From a virus (taxonomy: Duplodnaviria; Caudoviricetes): a stretch of DNA of 40,214 nt. The notes below the pieces were generated by a model. That model saw only the letters and a list, made by a program, of their open reading frames with translations, did not search any database and was not told the DNA's origin. The stretch is taken from IMG/VR virus record IMGVR_UViG_3300030376_006444, positions 1 to 40,214 of that record; one strand, given 5' to 3'. The position numbers and the translations under genes were made by a program. Shown here one piece after another: positions 1 through 10,600 of the stretch (the stretch's first letter is position 1; each line of letters begins with the position of its first letter).

Positions 1-3000
1 CCTACCTTTAACTGGTGGTCAAATTTCTGGCAATCTTGGTATAGGCGTATCGCCTTCAAGTGATTTACATATAGAAAGTGCAAGCAGTCCAACTATAAGA
101 CTTAAAGACACTACAAACAATGTATTGCTTCTTACTTATGCACAAAACAGTGATGCTGTGATTGGTACTTACTCAAATCATCCAATGAAGTTTTATAGCA
201 ATAGCGGTTTAACATTAACACTAGGTACTGACCAATTATCTACTTTTAGTGGAAACATAAAAATTGACCAAGGTTCTGCATCATCTAATCCAAGATTAAC
301 ATTTGCACACGACAGCATTGGAACTAACCATTACATTGAAATGGATAGAAGTTCAGATTATATGAAGGTTGTGGTTAATGGAGGAATTGCAACAATAATA
401 GACTCGAATCAGAGTTCTACCTTTTATGGTGCAATTAACTCATCTATGAGCAGTACATCTGTTCTTGGAAATTTAAGAAACACACACGCATCTGGTTATG
501 GATTAAAAATACAAGCAACTGATGCAAACTCAGCAAGATATATAGCAACTTTTAATGATAAGGATGACAATGTAAAGGCACAGATAAAGGGTGATGGCTC
601 TGCTACCTTTGGTGGTAATATAGTTGTTGGCGATATTACTTTATCTGGCTCAACTATATCTGATAACAGTGCATTAACTATAAGTAGTGGTGATGATATT
701 ACTATTGATGCTACATCTGATATAAATCTTGATGCAGATGGTGGTGATATAAGATTTAAAGACAATGGTACTAACTTTGTTACATTTAGTTCTTCAACAG
801 GCTCTACTTTTGCTGGTTCTGTAGACAGTGGTTCTTGGTTAAAAATAAATGGAAATAATACTTTATGGTCAGCTACTAATACTGGCACATATATACAAGC
901 ACCTGCTACTACCCAAACAATAAACTTTAGAAGCAATGGTCTTGCTATAGGTGCAGTATATGATGCGGTTAATAAAAAACTTGGTATTGGTGGAAGCCAT
1001 ACACCAAGTCATACTTTACATTTATCAGCTACTGAACCATATATAAAGCTTCAAGGAACTCATACTGATGGCTTGTACTTGATTGGTACTGGCGATGGCA
1101 ATCTGTATTTCACAGATGGGTCAACAGGTGTTCCAACAATGACTATGGACGATGCTTTCGTTGGTATAGGAACTGCTAGTCCTTTACATACTCTTCATGT
1201 AGAAAAAAGTGCTAGTAGTGATTGGATAGCAAAATTTAAAAATACAGGAACTACTAATGCTTATGGCGTTCAAATAGACACAACTGCTAATACAACTGTA
1301 GGTGAATATTCTCTTGGAGTTTATACAGGTGCAAATCTTGGATTTTTTGTAACTAGTGATAGTAAAGCTAGTATTGGTACAAATATTCCTACTCATAGAT
1401 TAACTGTAGATACTGTTGGTTCTGGAACTGATATGTGCATTGGAACATATTCTGCTGGCAAAACTGCTGGTGTATTATATACAAGTGCAGATACAAATGG
1501 GTATTTTGCTATCCAATCTTATCTATCGCAAGGTAGTACATTCGGATGTATTAATTTAAATCCTTCAGGTGGTAATGTTTCTATTGGAACAGCGTATAGT
1601 GCACCTGACCCATTATATATCACAGATGGTGCATCACCCCATGCTGGTCAATCCCATAGGATGATACAATTAAAACGAAATGCTTTAAATGATTCTAGTA
1701 ATGCAGGTGCTGATACAAGTGCATTTTGTTCTATGTTATTTAGTAATAGGTCAAATGGTTTTACAATTGGATATGGCGGTACTTCAGACAGATTTAGATT
1801 TCTTGATGGTGGCAATGTTGAAAGATTAACTATAAAAAATGGTGGGAATGTTGGTATTGGGACAACGAATCCTAGTGCTAAGATTCACATAGATGAAGTA
1901 TCTAACGCATCTTATTATATGAAATTGGGTTCATCCCAAACAGAAGATGCTTTTTTTTGGTATAATGGCAGTTCTGGAGATAACGGATATTTTGGAGGAA
2001 AAGACCAATCTAGTGGTAATGTTAATTTTCAAATTCATTCTGACGCATCTTTTAATACTTATTTTGCATCTCAAGGTGGGAAAGTTGGGATAGGAACTGC
2101 CAGTCCTCAAAAACAATTATCTGTTTATGCTGATGGCACTGCTCCAGAAATTTGTTGGGAAATTGCAGGAAATTCAGGTGCTAGAAATTGGGCATGGAGA
2201 GCAAGTGGTGCTAATTGGGGAGATTTTCAATTAAGACAAGGTTCTTCATTGGGTGGTGTTGTAGACACTCCTAGATTAACGATTCTTGATGGTGGGAATG
2301 TTGGTATTGGAACTACTAACCCCACTGGATATAAACTGGTAGTACAGGGCACTTCAGAAGATTTATTAAAGCTTCATAACGCTACAGATGGGTTAGACTC
2401 TTTAATATCATTTACAAATTCTGGTGGTACTTTAGCAAGAATACAAGGCATTGATAATGGTGGATTGGGATTTGATACAGGCAATAATGCAGGTGGCATA
2501 AATACTAATGCAATGTTTATATCTAATGATGCAAAAGTGGGTATAGGTACATTAACTCCATCAAGCTATAATGCTTTAGCAAATAATTTAGTTGTGTATG
2601 AAAACAGTAATAGTGGTATTACTATAGCAAGTAGCACAAATGGAAATGGTTCATTGTTTTTTGCAGATGGTACTACTGGTGATGAAGCTTACAAAGGTTC
2701 TATAGAGTATGCTCATTCTACTAATAAACTAATGTTTAAAGCAAATTCAGTAACGCATATGGGTATAAACCCAAATGGTGATGTTGGAATAGGAACAATT
2801 GACCCAATAAGTTTATTAAACCTATACGAATCAAATGCATCAGCAGTTTTAACTATACAAAGAAGAGAGGTTGATGGTGCTTTAACTACTGGTGATATTA
2901 TTGGTCAAATTGATTTTGTTGCAAACGATGATTCAGTATTTAGTGGAGCAAACACATTAAGAGCACAAATAAGAGCTAACATAGAAAGTTCAACATCTGC

Positions 3001-4690
3001 AACTGCTTTATACTTTGCTACTGGTAATTCAAGCACTGCGATGTCTGATAAAATGATGCTGTCTGCATCAGGTAACCTAGGTATTGGAACAACAAACCCT
3101 ACATCTCCAGCAAGTGTAGGTAAGTTTTTAAATATCGCAGATACTGGTAGTGCTGGTATTGTTTTGGAAGATACAAATGCTGGTAACTGGGAAATGTATA
3201 ATGCAAGTGGTTCTCTTTATTTTGAAGATAGAGGAAATACAGCTTTAGCATTAACGCTTAAAAATGACAAGTCAGCTATTTTTGGTGGTGATGTAAGTAT
3301 AAAAACTGGCGGTGGTAATAATGACCCAGCAACTCTTGCCTTATGGAGTTCTGATGTAAGTATAAGTGCAAATGATACTATAGGAACTATTTTAGCACAA
3401 GGTTCTGACTCTGGAGGTTCACCACCATATTTAGGTGGTAAGATAGAATTTAATGCAGATGCAAACTGGGATACTGGTACTCCAACTTATTATCCTACAA
3501 GGATAGACTTTTTTACTCAAAGCAATGCTGGAGCAGATGGTTTAGCAAGTCCAAGAATGTCCATTGATTCTGCTGGTGACGTAAATGTAGCTGGGAGTGT
3601 TGATGTTTTAGGTAGCATTATTAGAAGAAATAGTTCTGGGTCAAACAATGGTATGGCAATATTAACTACTAATGGTAATCATGGCATACTTGCATTGAGA
3701 AACAGTTCTGGCTCTTATCAAACACAAATTAATAGTGGTGGTGTTTCATATATTCGAGGTGGAAATGTCGGTATTGGTACATCTTCTCCTGATTCTTTAT
3801 TGAGTGTTCACAGTACGACAACTCCAGAATTAGGAATTTATTATGATTCAGGTGGTCATGCGAATGCAAGAAACTGGATGTTTAGAACAAACCATAATGA
3901 ATATGGTACTTTTAGGATTTCTTATAGTGATGATGTAGGTGGCGACCCAAGAGATAACGATGCTTTGACCATTAATTCATCTGGTTATGTGGGCATTGGC
4001 ACAAGTCAGCCAGATAAAACATTACACCTTGCTAGTTCTGATAATGTACTTGCTACAATAGAAAGTACAACTACTCACGCTACTGTTAGATTAATTGACC
4101 CAGATACAAGCAATCAAGCTACACTAACTAGGGTAGGAGACAACCTAGAGATAGTAAAAGATGGTGGGAATGTTAGTATTGGAAAAGACAACCCTGCACA
4201 AGCTCTTGATGTAGAGGGAAGCATTATATCTAGTGGCGTACTACTTGCTCCTACTTATGTAACATTTAATCACAGTTTCTATGACGACATAGGTACTACA
4301 GCCCATTACTTACCTTGGGGCAATCTTGCTGAAGCAACAGGCAATGATTCTAGTGCTACATCGTTTCTTGTTCCAATGAGTATGACACTGAAAAAGCTAT
4401 TTGTAAGAATAGAAAGTATAACAAATCTTGGTAATCACAATCTTACTGTTACGCTAATAAGAAAAGCAGATGGAGTTATAACAAATACTACAGTAGCTAG
4501 TGCTACTAAAGCTTTTGCATCTGGAAATAGTAATAAAACTGTTACATACCTTGAATCAGATTTTAGTGCCACACCTAGATTGACACAAAAACAATTAGGC
4601 TCATTAAAAATCCAATTTGGAAGCGATTATGGTAGCCAAACTGATTTTTTTGTTACTAGCGTATGGCAAATGAATAACAACACACTATAG
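1..4690 (+). CDS. Long tail fibre / receptor-binding protein, 5'-truncated by the window
   Basis: The frame is open from base 2 (LPLTGGQISGNLGIGVSP...), upstream of the ORF-track start at 125. It has about 14 G(N/K/D)VGIGTxxP-type repeats and a G/S/T/N-rich composition typical of phage fibres. No C-terminal S74 chaperone motif seen. Confidence 0.85.
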   Translation, partial: LPLTGGQISGNLGIGVSPSSDLHIESASSPTIRLKDTTNNVLLLTYAQNSDAVIGTYSNHPMKFYSNSGLTLTLGTDQLSTFSGNIKIDQGSASSNPRLTFAHDSIGTNHYIEMDRSSDYMKVVVNGGIATIIDSNQSSTFYGAINSSMSSTSVLGNLRNTHASGYGLKIQATDANSARYIATFNDKDDNVKAQIKGDGSATFGGNIVVGDITLSGSTISDNSALTISSGDDITIDATSDINLDADGGDIRFKDNGTNFVTFSSSTGSTFAGSVDSGSWLKINGNNTLWSATNTGTYIQAPATTQTINFRSNGLAIGAVYDAVNKKLGIGGSHTPSHTLHLSATEPYIKLQGTHTDGLYLIGTGDGNLYFTDGSTGVPTMTMDDAFVGIGTASPLHTLHVEKSASSDWIAKFKNTGTTNAYGVQIDTTANTTVGEYSLGVYTGANLGFFVTSDSKASIGTNIPTHRLTVDTVGSGTDMCIGTYSAGKTAGVLYTSADTNGYFAIQSYLSQGSTFGCINLNPSGGNVSIGTAYSAPDPLYITDGASPHAGQSHRMIQLKRNALNDSSNAGADTSAFCSMLFSNRSNGFTIGYGGTSDRFRFLDGGNVERLTIKNGGNVGIGTTNPSAKIHIDEVSNASYYMKLGSSQTEDAFFWYNGSSGDNGYFGGKDQSSGNVNFQIHSDASFNTYFASQGGKVGIGTASPQKQLSVYADGTAPEICWEIAGNSGARNWAWRASGANWGDFQLRQGSSLGGVVDTPRLTILDGGNVGIGTTNPTGYKLVVQGTSEDLLKLHNATDGLDSLISFTNSGGTLARIQGIDNGGLGFDTGNNAGGINTNAMFISNDAKVGIGTLTPSSYNALANNLVVYENSNSGITIASSTNGNGSLFFADGTTGDEAYKGSIEYAHSTNKLMFKANSVTHMGINPNGDVGIGTIDPISLLNLYESNASAVLTIQRREVDGALTTGDIIGQIDFVANDDSVFSGANTLRAQIRANIESSTSATALYFATGNSSTAMSDKMMLSASGNLGIGTTNPTSPASVGKFLNIADTGSAGIVLEDTNAGNWEMYNASGSLYFEDRGNTALALTLKNDKSAIFGGDVSIKTGGGNNDPATLALWSSDVSISANDTIGTILAQGSDSGGSPPYLGGKIEFNADANWDTGTPTYYPTRIDFFTQSNAGADGLASPRMSIDSAGDVNVAGSVDVLGSIIRRNSSGSNNGMAILTTNGNHGILALRNSSGSYQTQINSGGVSYIRGGNVGIGTSSPDSLLSVHSTTTPELGIYYDSGGHANARNWMFRTNHNEYGTFRISYSDDVGGDPRDNDALTINSSGYVGIGTSQPDKTLHLASSDNVLATIESTTTHATVRLIDPDTSNQATLTRVGDNLEIVKDGGNVSIGKDNPAQALDVEGSIISSGVLLAPTYVTFNHSFYDDIGTTAHYLPWGNLAEATGNDSSATSFLVPMSMTLKKLFVRIESITNLGNHNLTVTLIRKADGVITNTTVASATKAFASGNSNKTVTYLESDFSATPRLTQKQLGSLKIQFGSDYGSQTDFFVTSVWQMNNNTL

Positions 4691-4700
4691 GAGTAAAACC

Positions 4701-5024
4701 ATGAAAGGTTATGCACAAAAAAAGAAAGACAAGAAATGGTCTGTTGGAAAAACCAAAGAAGTGGTTTCTCCTGCAGTAACCGAAGTAAAAGATGAGAATG
4801 GTGTCGTAGTTCGTGAGGCACAAGCTGAACAATCTATAGACATTATTAAACTAAGTAAAAAACGCTATGACTCAGAAACAGGAAAAGCATTAGCAGATGT
4901 AGAAGAAAGAATGTCTGTAGAAAAATGCGATGAAGCTGTAAAAAGTCTAGATGAACAGATTGCTGAATTAACTGCACAAAAAGAAGGCTGGGTAGCCTTA
5001 AAAGCAGATATTAAAGCACTCTAA
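4701..5024 (+). CDS. Small fibre-associated protein with C-terminal coiled coil
   Basis: 107 aa, AGGAG RBS, directly after the fibre gene. Confidence 0.6.
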   Translation: MKGYAQKKKDKKWSVGKTKEVVSPAVTEVKDENGVVVREAQAEQSIDIIKLSKKRYDSETGKALADVEERMSVEKCDEAVKSLDEQIAELTAQKEGWVALKADIKAL

Positions 5025-5042
5025 AAACAAAAGGATAACAAA

Positions 5043-5288
5043 ATGCCAGATAAAAAAGAAAAAGAAAGTCAGGTAAAGGTAGTTGTCATTAACGATGTGG
5101 AATACAAAGTAGATGACCTTACTGAACAGCAAGTGATGTTAGTAAACCATGTAGCAGACCTTGATAGGAAGCTTGCACAAAGTCAATTCAATCTTGACCA
5201 GTTGCAAGGTGGACGTGAACACTTTATGAAAAACCTAGAGGTGGAGTTGGAAGATGTCGAGGGTGTTGCTATTGCTGAATCTAGCTAA
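5043..5288 (+). CDS. Small coiled-coil protein, possible tail-fibre chaperone (DUF6447-like)
   Basis: The pattern VINDVEYKVDDLTEQQ...LDRKLAQ resembles small proteins that commonly follow fibres in aquatic phages. AGGA RBS. Confidence 0.55.
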   Translation: MPDKKEKESQVKVVVINDVEYKVDDLTEQQVMLVNHVADLDRKLAQSQFNLDQLQGGREHFMKNLEVELEDVEGVAIAESS

Positions 5289-5478
5289 CGTTAGTTGCAG
5301 TAGTGGTTGGTCAGTGGGTGGGTATGAACTCACCCCTGCTGACACTACAAACAATACAGTTTTTATTGAAATTATGGATACAGACTCAGTGATACACTAT
5401 TACTATAATGGTATATATGAAACAAACTGGTGTTGGATACATGAGCAGTATGAAGATGTGAAGAAGGTAAATGAGTGA
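5254..5478 (+). CDS. Putative lipoprotein (possible o-spanin-like)
   Basis: Short hydrophobic N-terminus ending in a weak lipobox-like NVSC; lies at the start of the lysis region. Confidence 0.4.
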   Translation: MSRVLLLLNLANVSCSSGWSVGGYELTPADTTNNTVFIEIMDTDSVIHYYYNGIYETNWCWIHEQYEDVKKVNE

Positions 5479-5791
5479 AAAGCCAAATACCGCCAGAAGT
5501 TATCGCACTACCATTCTTGATGATAACGCCATTGTTTCTATTAATCTTAAATGGCTTGCCCAAGGATGTGTTCTTGTCGGAGCTCTGGTCTATGGGTATT
5601 GGCAAATTGAAAACAGGATTCAATCACTTGAAAATAAAGTTGCTAATGCAAATGAACAAATTGGGGATTTACTTAATAAGCATATCGTGGAGGAAAGGAC
5701 TCAACGAGAAGAGTTGGCAGAAAAAGTGAAGTTTTACGAAAAAGAATTAAACCTAAACCCACTTAGTTGGGGTAAGAAAAAGCGGAAATAA
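5471..5791 (+). CDS. Single-TM coiled-coil protein (possible i-spanin/holin-region protein)
   Basis: Hydrophobic WLAQGCVLVGALVYGYW followed by a heptad-rich segment. Confidence 0.5.
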   Translation: MSEKPNTARSYRTTILDDNAIVSINLKWLAQGCVLVGALVYGYWQIENRIQSLENKVANANEQIGDLLNKHIVEERTQREELAEKVKFYEKELNLNPLSWGKKKRK

Positions 5792-5792
5792 T

Positions 5793-6110
5793 ATGGATTT
5801 TATGGCAGTATATGGCGAAGCAGGTATGATAGGCGTAGTAGGCGTTATGTTTGTTTATTTAGTCATGTCTTTAAGTAAAAAGTCTGAGGCTCAGCAAGAC
5901 GCATTAGAAAGATTAAAAGTAGAAAATAGAGGGCAATCAGAAACGTTAGAAAATATGGAAGGAATGATAATAAAGCTTATTGGAAGATGGAACTCTAGTG
6001 ACGACAAGCTTGATAGAAAATTTGATGCTCTTACTAAAGAAATAAATGATTTAGACAACCAGGTATCTAGGATAGATGGCTCTTTATCAAGAATAAATGG
6101 AAAACACTAA
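5793..6110 (+). CDS. N-terminal TM plus coiled-coil protein (holin-like)
   Basis: Hydrophobic GMIGVVGVMFVYLVM; lies upstream of the endolysin. Confidence 0.5.
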   Translation: MDFMAVYGEAGMIGVVGVMFVYLVMSLSKKSEAQQDALERLKVENRGQSETLENMEGMIIKLIGRWNSSDDKLDRKFDALTKEINDLDNQVSRIDGSLSRINGKH

Positions 6111-6340
6111 TGCCAGCATTAAATGATTTTAGAAACAAAGACTTATACGCTATGATGGTAAAGCTTGATGAAAGACAAAAGACCATATTTCAAATGCTTT
6201 ATAGAGTAGAAAAACATTTAGAAAAACTTAATGGAAAAGTAGCTAATCACGATACCGCCATAACTAAACTACAAACAGTTGGGGCAGTAGCTGTAATCAG
6301 CATACCAATAATCGTAAACATAATAATGAGGATAGTATAA
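6110..6340 (+). CDS. Coiled coil plus C-terminal TM protein (holin/XhlA-like)
   Basis: C-terminal VGAVAVISIPIIVNIIM; TAATG overlap with the previous gene. Confidence 0.5.
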   Translation: MPALNDFRNKDLYAMMVKLDERQKTIFQMLYRVEKHLEKLNGKVANHDTAITKLQTVGAVAVISIPIIVNIIMRIV

Positions 6341-6516
6341 TGTTAGCAAAGTTAATCGCAGATGATTTATTGTCAGATGAGAATGGAAAAGAAGTTATTG
6401 CTGAAATAAATAAAGCAGTAGACATACCAATTATTTCAGAAAAGACTGAAGCAAAAATACTCGAAGCACTATGGAAAGTGATTAAAGGCGTATTACTTAA
6501 AAAGATTGGCTTATAA
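6340..6516 (+). CDS. 58-aa hypothetical protein (not in ORF track)
   Basis: MLAKLIADDLLSDENGKEV...LLKKIGL; TAATG overlaps at both ends, filling the gap exactly. Confidence 0.75.
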   Translation: MLAKLIADDLLSDENGKEVIAEINKAVDIPIISEKTEAKILEALWKVIKGVLLKKIGL

Positions 6517-6914
6517 TGCCCAAGTTAGGGAAAAGAAGCAAGAAAAGGTTAGAAGGCGTTGATAAAAGATTGGTTCATGTACTTGAAGAGGTGGTTAAGT
6601 ATTTTGATATCACCGTCATTGAGGGAAAGAGAAGCCAAGAAAGACAGAATACTCTTGTTGCTGAAGGAAAGAGCAAAACGAAATTTGGCAAACACGTTGA
6701 AGGAAAAGCAGTAGATATATGTCCATATCCTATAGATTGGGATGCAAGAGACGATTTTCATTATCTAGGTGGTTGGGTATTGGCTACTGCAAATAGGTTA
6801 GGCTATAAAGTACGTTGGGGTGGAGATTGGAATGCGAGTTCGCAATTCAAAGGGCAAAGAACAACTAAGGATAATCAATTTGATGACTTAGTTCACTTTG
6901 AATTACTTGACTAA
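6516..6914 (+). CDS. Endolysin, peptidase M15 family (L-Ala-D-Glu peptidase-like)
   Basis: Motifs EGKRSQERQ, KHVEGKAVD, RWGGDW and DLVHFEL match the Zn-binding H...D...H arrangement of T5-type endolysins. Confidence 0.9.
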   Translation: MPKLGKRSKKRLEGVDKRLVHVLEEVVKYFDITVIEGKRSQERQNTLVAEGKSKTKFGKHVEGKAVDICPYPIDWDARDDFHYLGGWVLATANRLGYKVRWGGDWNASSQFKGQRTTKDNQFDDLVHFELLD

Positions 6915-6924
6915 ATGAGGAACT

Positions 6925-7686
6925 ATGAAGATAAAAGAAAGAGTTGTTGTATTTCCAGATGTACATTACCCACATCAAGACGAAAAAGCATTTAGATGTG
7001 CATTAAACGTAATAAAAGAAATCAAGCCCACAGCGTTTTTACTGTTAGGAGATTTTGTTGAAGGAGCTTCTGTCAGTCATTGGCAATGGCGTAAAAAGAA
7101 ACGCCCACCTCTTGAGTACCAACTTCCTTTTATTGAAAAAGAAATCAAAGATGGCAATATTGGTTTGGATAGAATTGATGAAGCATTGGATAAAGTTAAA
7201 TGCAGGAAAAAGCAATACGCTCAAGGAAATCATGAGCTATGGTTCGACCACTTTGTCGAAGAAAACCCATACCTTGAAGATTATGCCTCAAGAAAAGCCT
7301 TCAAATTTGACGAAAGAGGATATGAATGGCATGACTATGGTGACATCTTTAAAGTGTTCGGAAGCAAGTTACACGCATATCACGGAGGACACTTTATGGG
7401 AGTTGCCCATGCAAGAACTCACGCCTTACAAATGGGATGCAACATCATCTATGGTCATACACACGACAGCCAAAAAGCAGTCATCACCCATATTAGTGGA
7501 CCGCACATGGCGTATTCAATGGGATGTTTAGCTGATATGAAGAAAGATTTCCTTAAAGGTAGACCAACAAATTGGACTCATAATGTAGGTCTAGTAGATA
7601 TCTTTACTAATGGAAACTTTAACCTTGTAGTTCTCGATATAAATAATGGCGTTACATCCTATGGAGGGAAGATAATAAGTGCCTAA
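6925..7686 (+). CDS. Calcineurin-like metallophosphoesterase
   Basis: Motifs DVH, LGD, GNHE, HG and GHTH occur in the canonical order. Confidence 0.9.
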   Translation: MKIKERVVVFPDVHYPHQDEKAFRCALNVIKEIKPTAFLLLGDFVEGASVSHWQWRKKKRPPLEYQLPFIEKEIKDGNIGLDRIDEALDKVKCRKKQYAQGNHELWFDHFVEENPYLEDYASRKAFKFDERGYEWHDYGDIFKVFGSKLHAYHGGHFMGVAHARTHALQMGCNIIYGHTHDSQKAVITHISGPHMAYSMGCLADMKKDFLKGRPTNWTHNVGLVDIFTNGNFNLVVLDINNGVTSYGGKIISA

Positions 7687-10600
7687 ACAATCAAAATCAA
7701 TTAGAGATTTTAGCGGAGGAGTTGCTAAGGGCGTAGATGCGTTATCGCTAAAAGATAATCAGCTATCGGAATGCGTTAATTTTATAGCAGATAACGTAGG
7801 TAAGCTTAAAATAATACCCGATGAAAATATTGCCTGTACTAATGAATTAAACACAGAATTACCTGATGGTTATTCAAAAAATATACACTCATGGTCTGCT
7901 GATTTTAATTTGAGTAATTCAGCACAAAGTACAAATCTTGTTGCTCCTTCAGTTACGGAAGTAAAAGTTGCAAAAAGAGCGAATATGGAATTGTACTTTA
8001 CTCCTTTTCAATCAAGTAATGATAATACAGATTATCAAGATAGAGCATTAATTATTAAAGACGCAGATAGAGATGAATATATAATTGAAACTATAGTTAA
8101 AAATCCTTTTGAATTTGGATTTCAAAGTAAAGTTCCTAAGAATTCTATACAAGGCTTAAGCTTAAATGAGTTGGAAATAATGACGCATAAACATTATTTA
8201 CCATCATCAAATGAAGGGTCTGATTATAAAGACCCTACTATCCCTTGGCATTTTAAAACATTAGCTGGTGGCGATACTCGTCCTAATGGCTCAAATACAG
8301 TTAAAGCTTCTTTTGGTCCAATAGATGCTGGTGGCAATCATGGATTTACAGCTAACAGTAGCGAAGCTACAGCAATGAATACATATAATAATCCTGCGTG
8401 GTTGGATAGCACTAAAACCTTTGAAAGCAATACAACTGTATATACAGATACTACCTCAAATAATGCAATGGGAAGAAACTTTAGATACGAAGCTAGTAAT
8501 GGCAATATTGTGTTTCCAGGAGGTCAAAGAAACGGTGGTGCCTTTAAAATAGAATCTGTTCCAAATGGTGGCACTGCAACTAATACAACAAATCCAGTTG
8601 AATTTGGCAAAACTCCTTTTAATGCCTCTGCATCTCAAGATGATGCCTATGCATATCGCATGATAATAGAGTGGGACTATTGGGGAAAAATGAATATAAA
8701 ATTCCCAAATGAGCATCCAGATGGGGCAATCAACTATGCTCGAGGGAAAGGATTTAGACCTATAGGAAATGATAATTTTCCTGCTCCAAGTAAAACTATT
8801 GATGGAGTAACATATAAATATAGAGAATTAGCTCCTTTTTTTCATGGGCACACTTTTGAAAACAAAGTAACAAATCATGTTGGCTCTAATCATATGTGTG
8901 TTGAAAGTGGTGCTTTCTATTATATGTTTAATAGAGCTCCTTCTTTTGGTCAATTTAGCGAATGGACATATAATTTAAGTAATGTAAAAAGATTTGAGAC
9001 AGCTACCTATGGCGTGACTATTGCTTACTATACAAATGTAGAACAAACCAGTGAAGCTTCAATAACAAGAAGTTACGATTTGCAACTTGCTGAAAATGCA
9101 ATGAGTGTTAAATCTGGATTATTTTATGAACCTGATAATATTTTATCAGATGTTCCTACTGACCACCAAATTAAATTTGAAATACTCGACGATAAAGTAA
9201 GAATATTTCAAGACGTAGATACATTAAAAGCTTATGGAATAAAAAACGTTTCTGTGACAAAAACCAACATCGTAGACCTTGGTGAAAAAATTACAGATGG
9301 TCAAAGATATCAACATTTAGTTGCAATAACGAATGAAGATTCTATGGCAACAGTCTACTCCATGGAAAACGACACATGGTTAGACTGGCAGATGGATTTT
9401 AAATTTGAAGAAACAGAATATATAGGCACAGTTAATATAAATAACGGTTCTAATAGTGGAACTTATAACAGCTTTTCAACCTTAGCTCACCCTTCAATAG
9501 TTGGAATGCAAGTAAGGGGAACAGGGATAAAACCTGGTACTACGGTGACTGCTCAAGATACAAGTGCTACGCCTCCTACAATACAGCTAAGTAAAAATAC
9601 ATCATCAGCGATTTCAAATGGGACGGTTTATTATTGGGATTCTTCAATGAATGTAGATGTTTCATATGTAGACGCAGAAGGGCATTTATTTGCAAGCGAC
9701 ATTACATTTAAAAGCAATAACAGACCTCAGTGGTTTGGCTATTTGGATTTAAATAAAACTTATCTAAAAACTCAATTTGATAGTGTTTCAAATAATTTCA
9801 ATAACAATACTCCTCAGGTAGAAAAAGCAAAAGGATTTAGCACAGATGCATTATGTCCTCAACCATACCGAATTAAAATTACAAATAGTCCAGCTACGGC
9901 ATTAAAAGGGCAAAATACGCATATTGCTACAAAAGTAAATGGCTTATTTAAATTTAAAGATTCATCTGGTACGGATTTATCTGATGATGAGACTTTAGTA
10001 AAAAGTGCTCCTAATTCAACAAGCACATGGGCAAGTCATCCTTTAGGAATCAAAATTCAATACGATTGGATAGATGGTCAAGAAAGTGAAGTTGGTACTT
10101 TGATGGAGGGTTCTTTTCTAAAAAAAGAATTAACAGAGTTTTATTTTAGTTACATTTATGAAGGTGGGTACGTAAGTCAACCTCAGCAGTTTTATGAACA
10201 TACGTATAATGCTGGTAATAGTGGAGCAGATTCAATAAATGTTCCATTTTCTACTGCACCTAAAGCAGATTCTTGTGCATTGGGATTGCATATTGGAATA
10301 GGACCTCAATTAATTAGCGGAAAAGGAAATAACGCTAACTGGTCAGGGTTGTCAGAAAAAGATGGTGTATTAAATGCTAGGCTAAAAGGCATTGAAATAT
10401 ATGGTCGCTTTACAAATACAGACCCTAATAACATATATCTTTTATGTGAAATAGATTTAAACAAAGGTTGGAAGTCATTTGCTACTGGAAAATGGAAAGA
10501 CTTTACAACGTTTGGTAACGTATCGCATTACGGAACTAGTTATACAAGTTCTACTGGAGGTCCAGTAACTGACCATATTATTTATAAGGCAGTACCTACG

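Noticed and set aside
496-2116. Minus-strand ORFs 496-936, 1184-1396 and 1931-2116
   Set aside because: Antisense shadows of the tail fibre; no RBS or motifs.
1-4690. Diversity-generating retroelement targeting the fibre
   Set aside because: No reverse transcriptase and no TR/VR pair with adenine-specific differences seen.
4627-8716. Alternative-frame or antisense ORFs (4627-4821, 5372-5623, 5475-5729, 6549-6761, 7045-7233, 7055-7531, 8456-8716)
   Set aside because: They overlap better-supported, translationally coupled genes.
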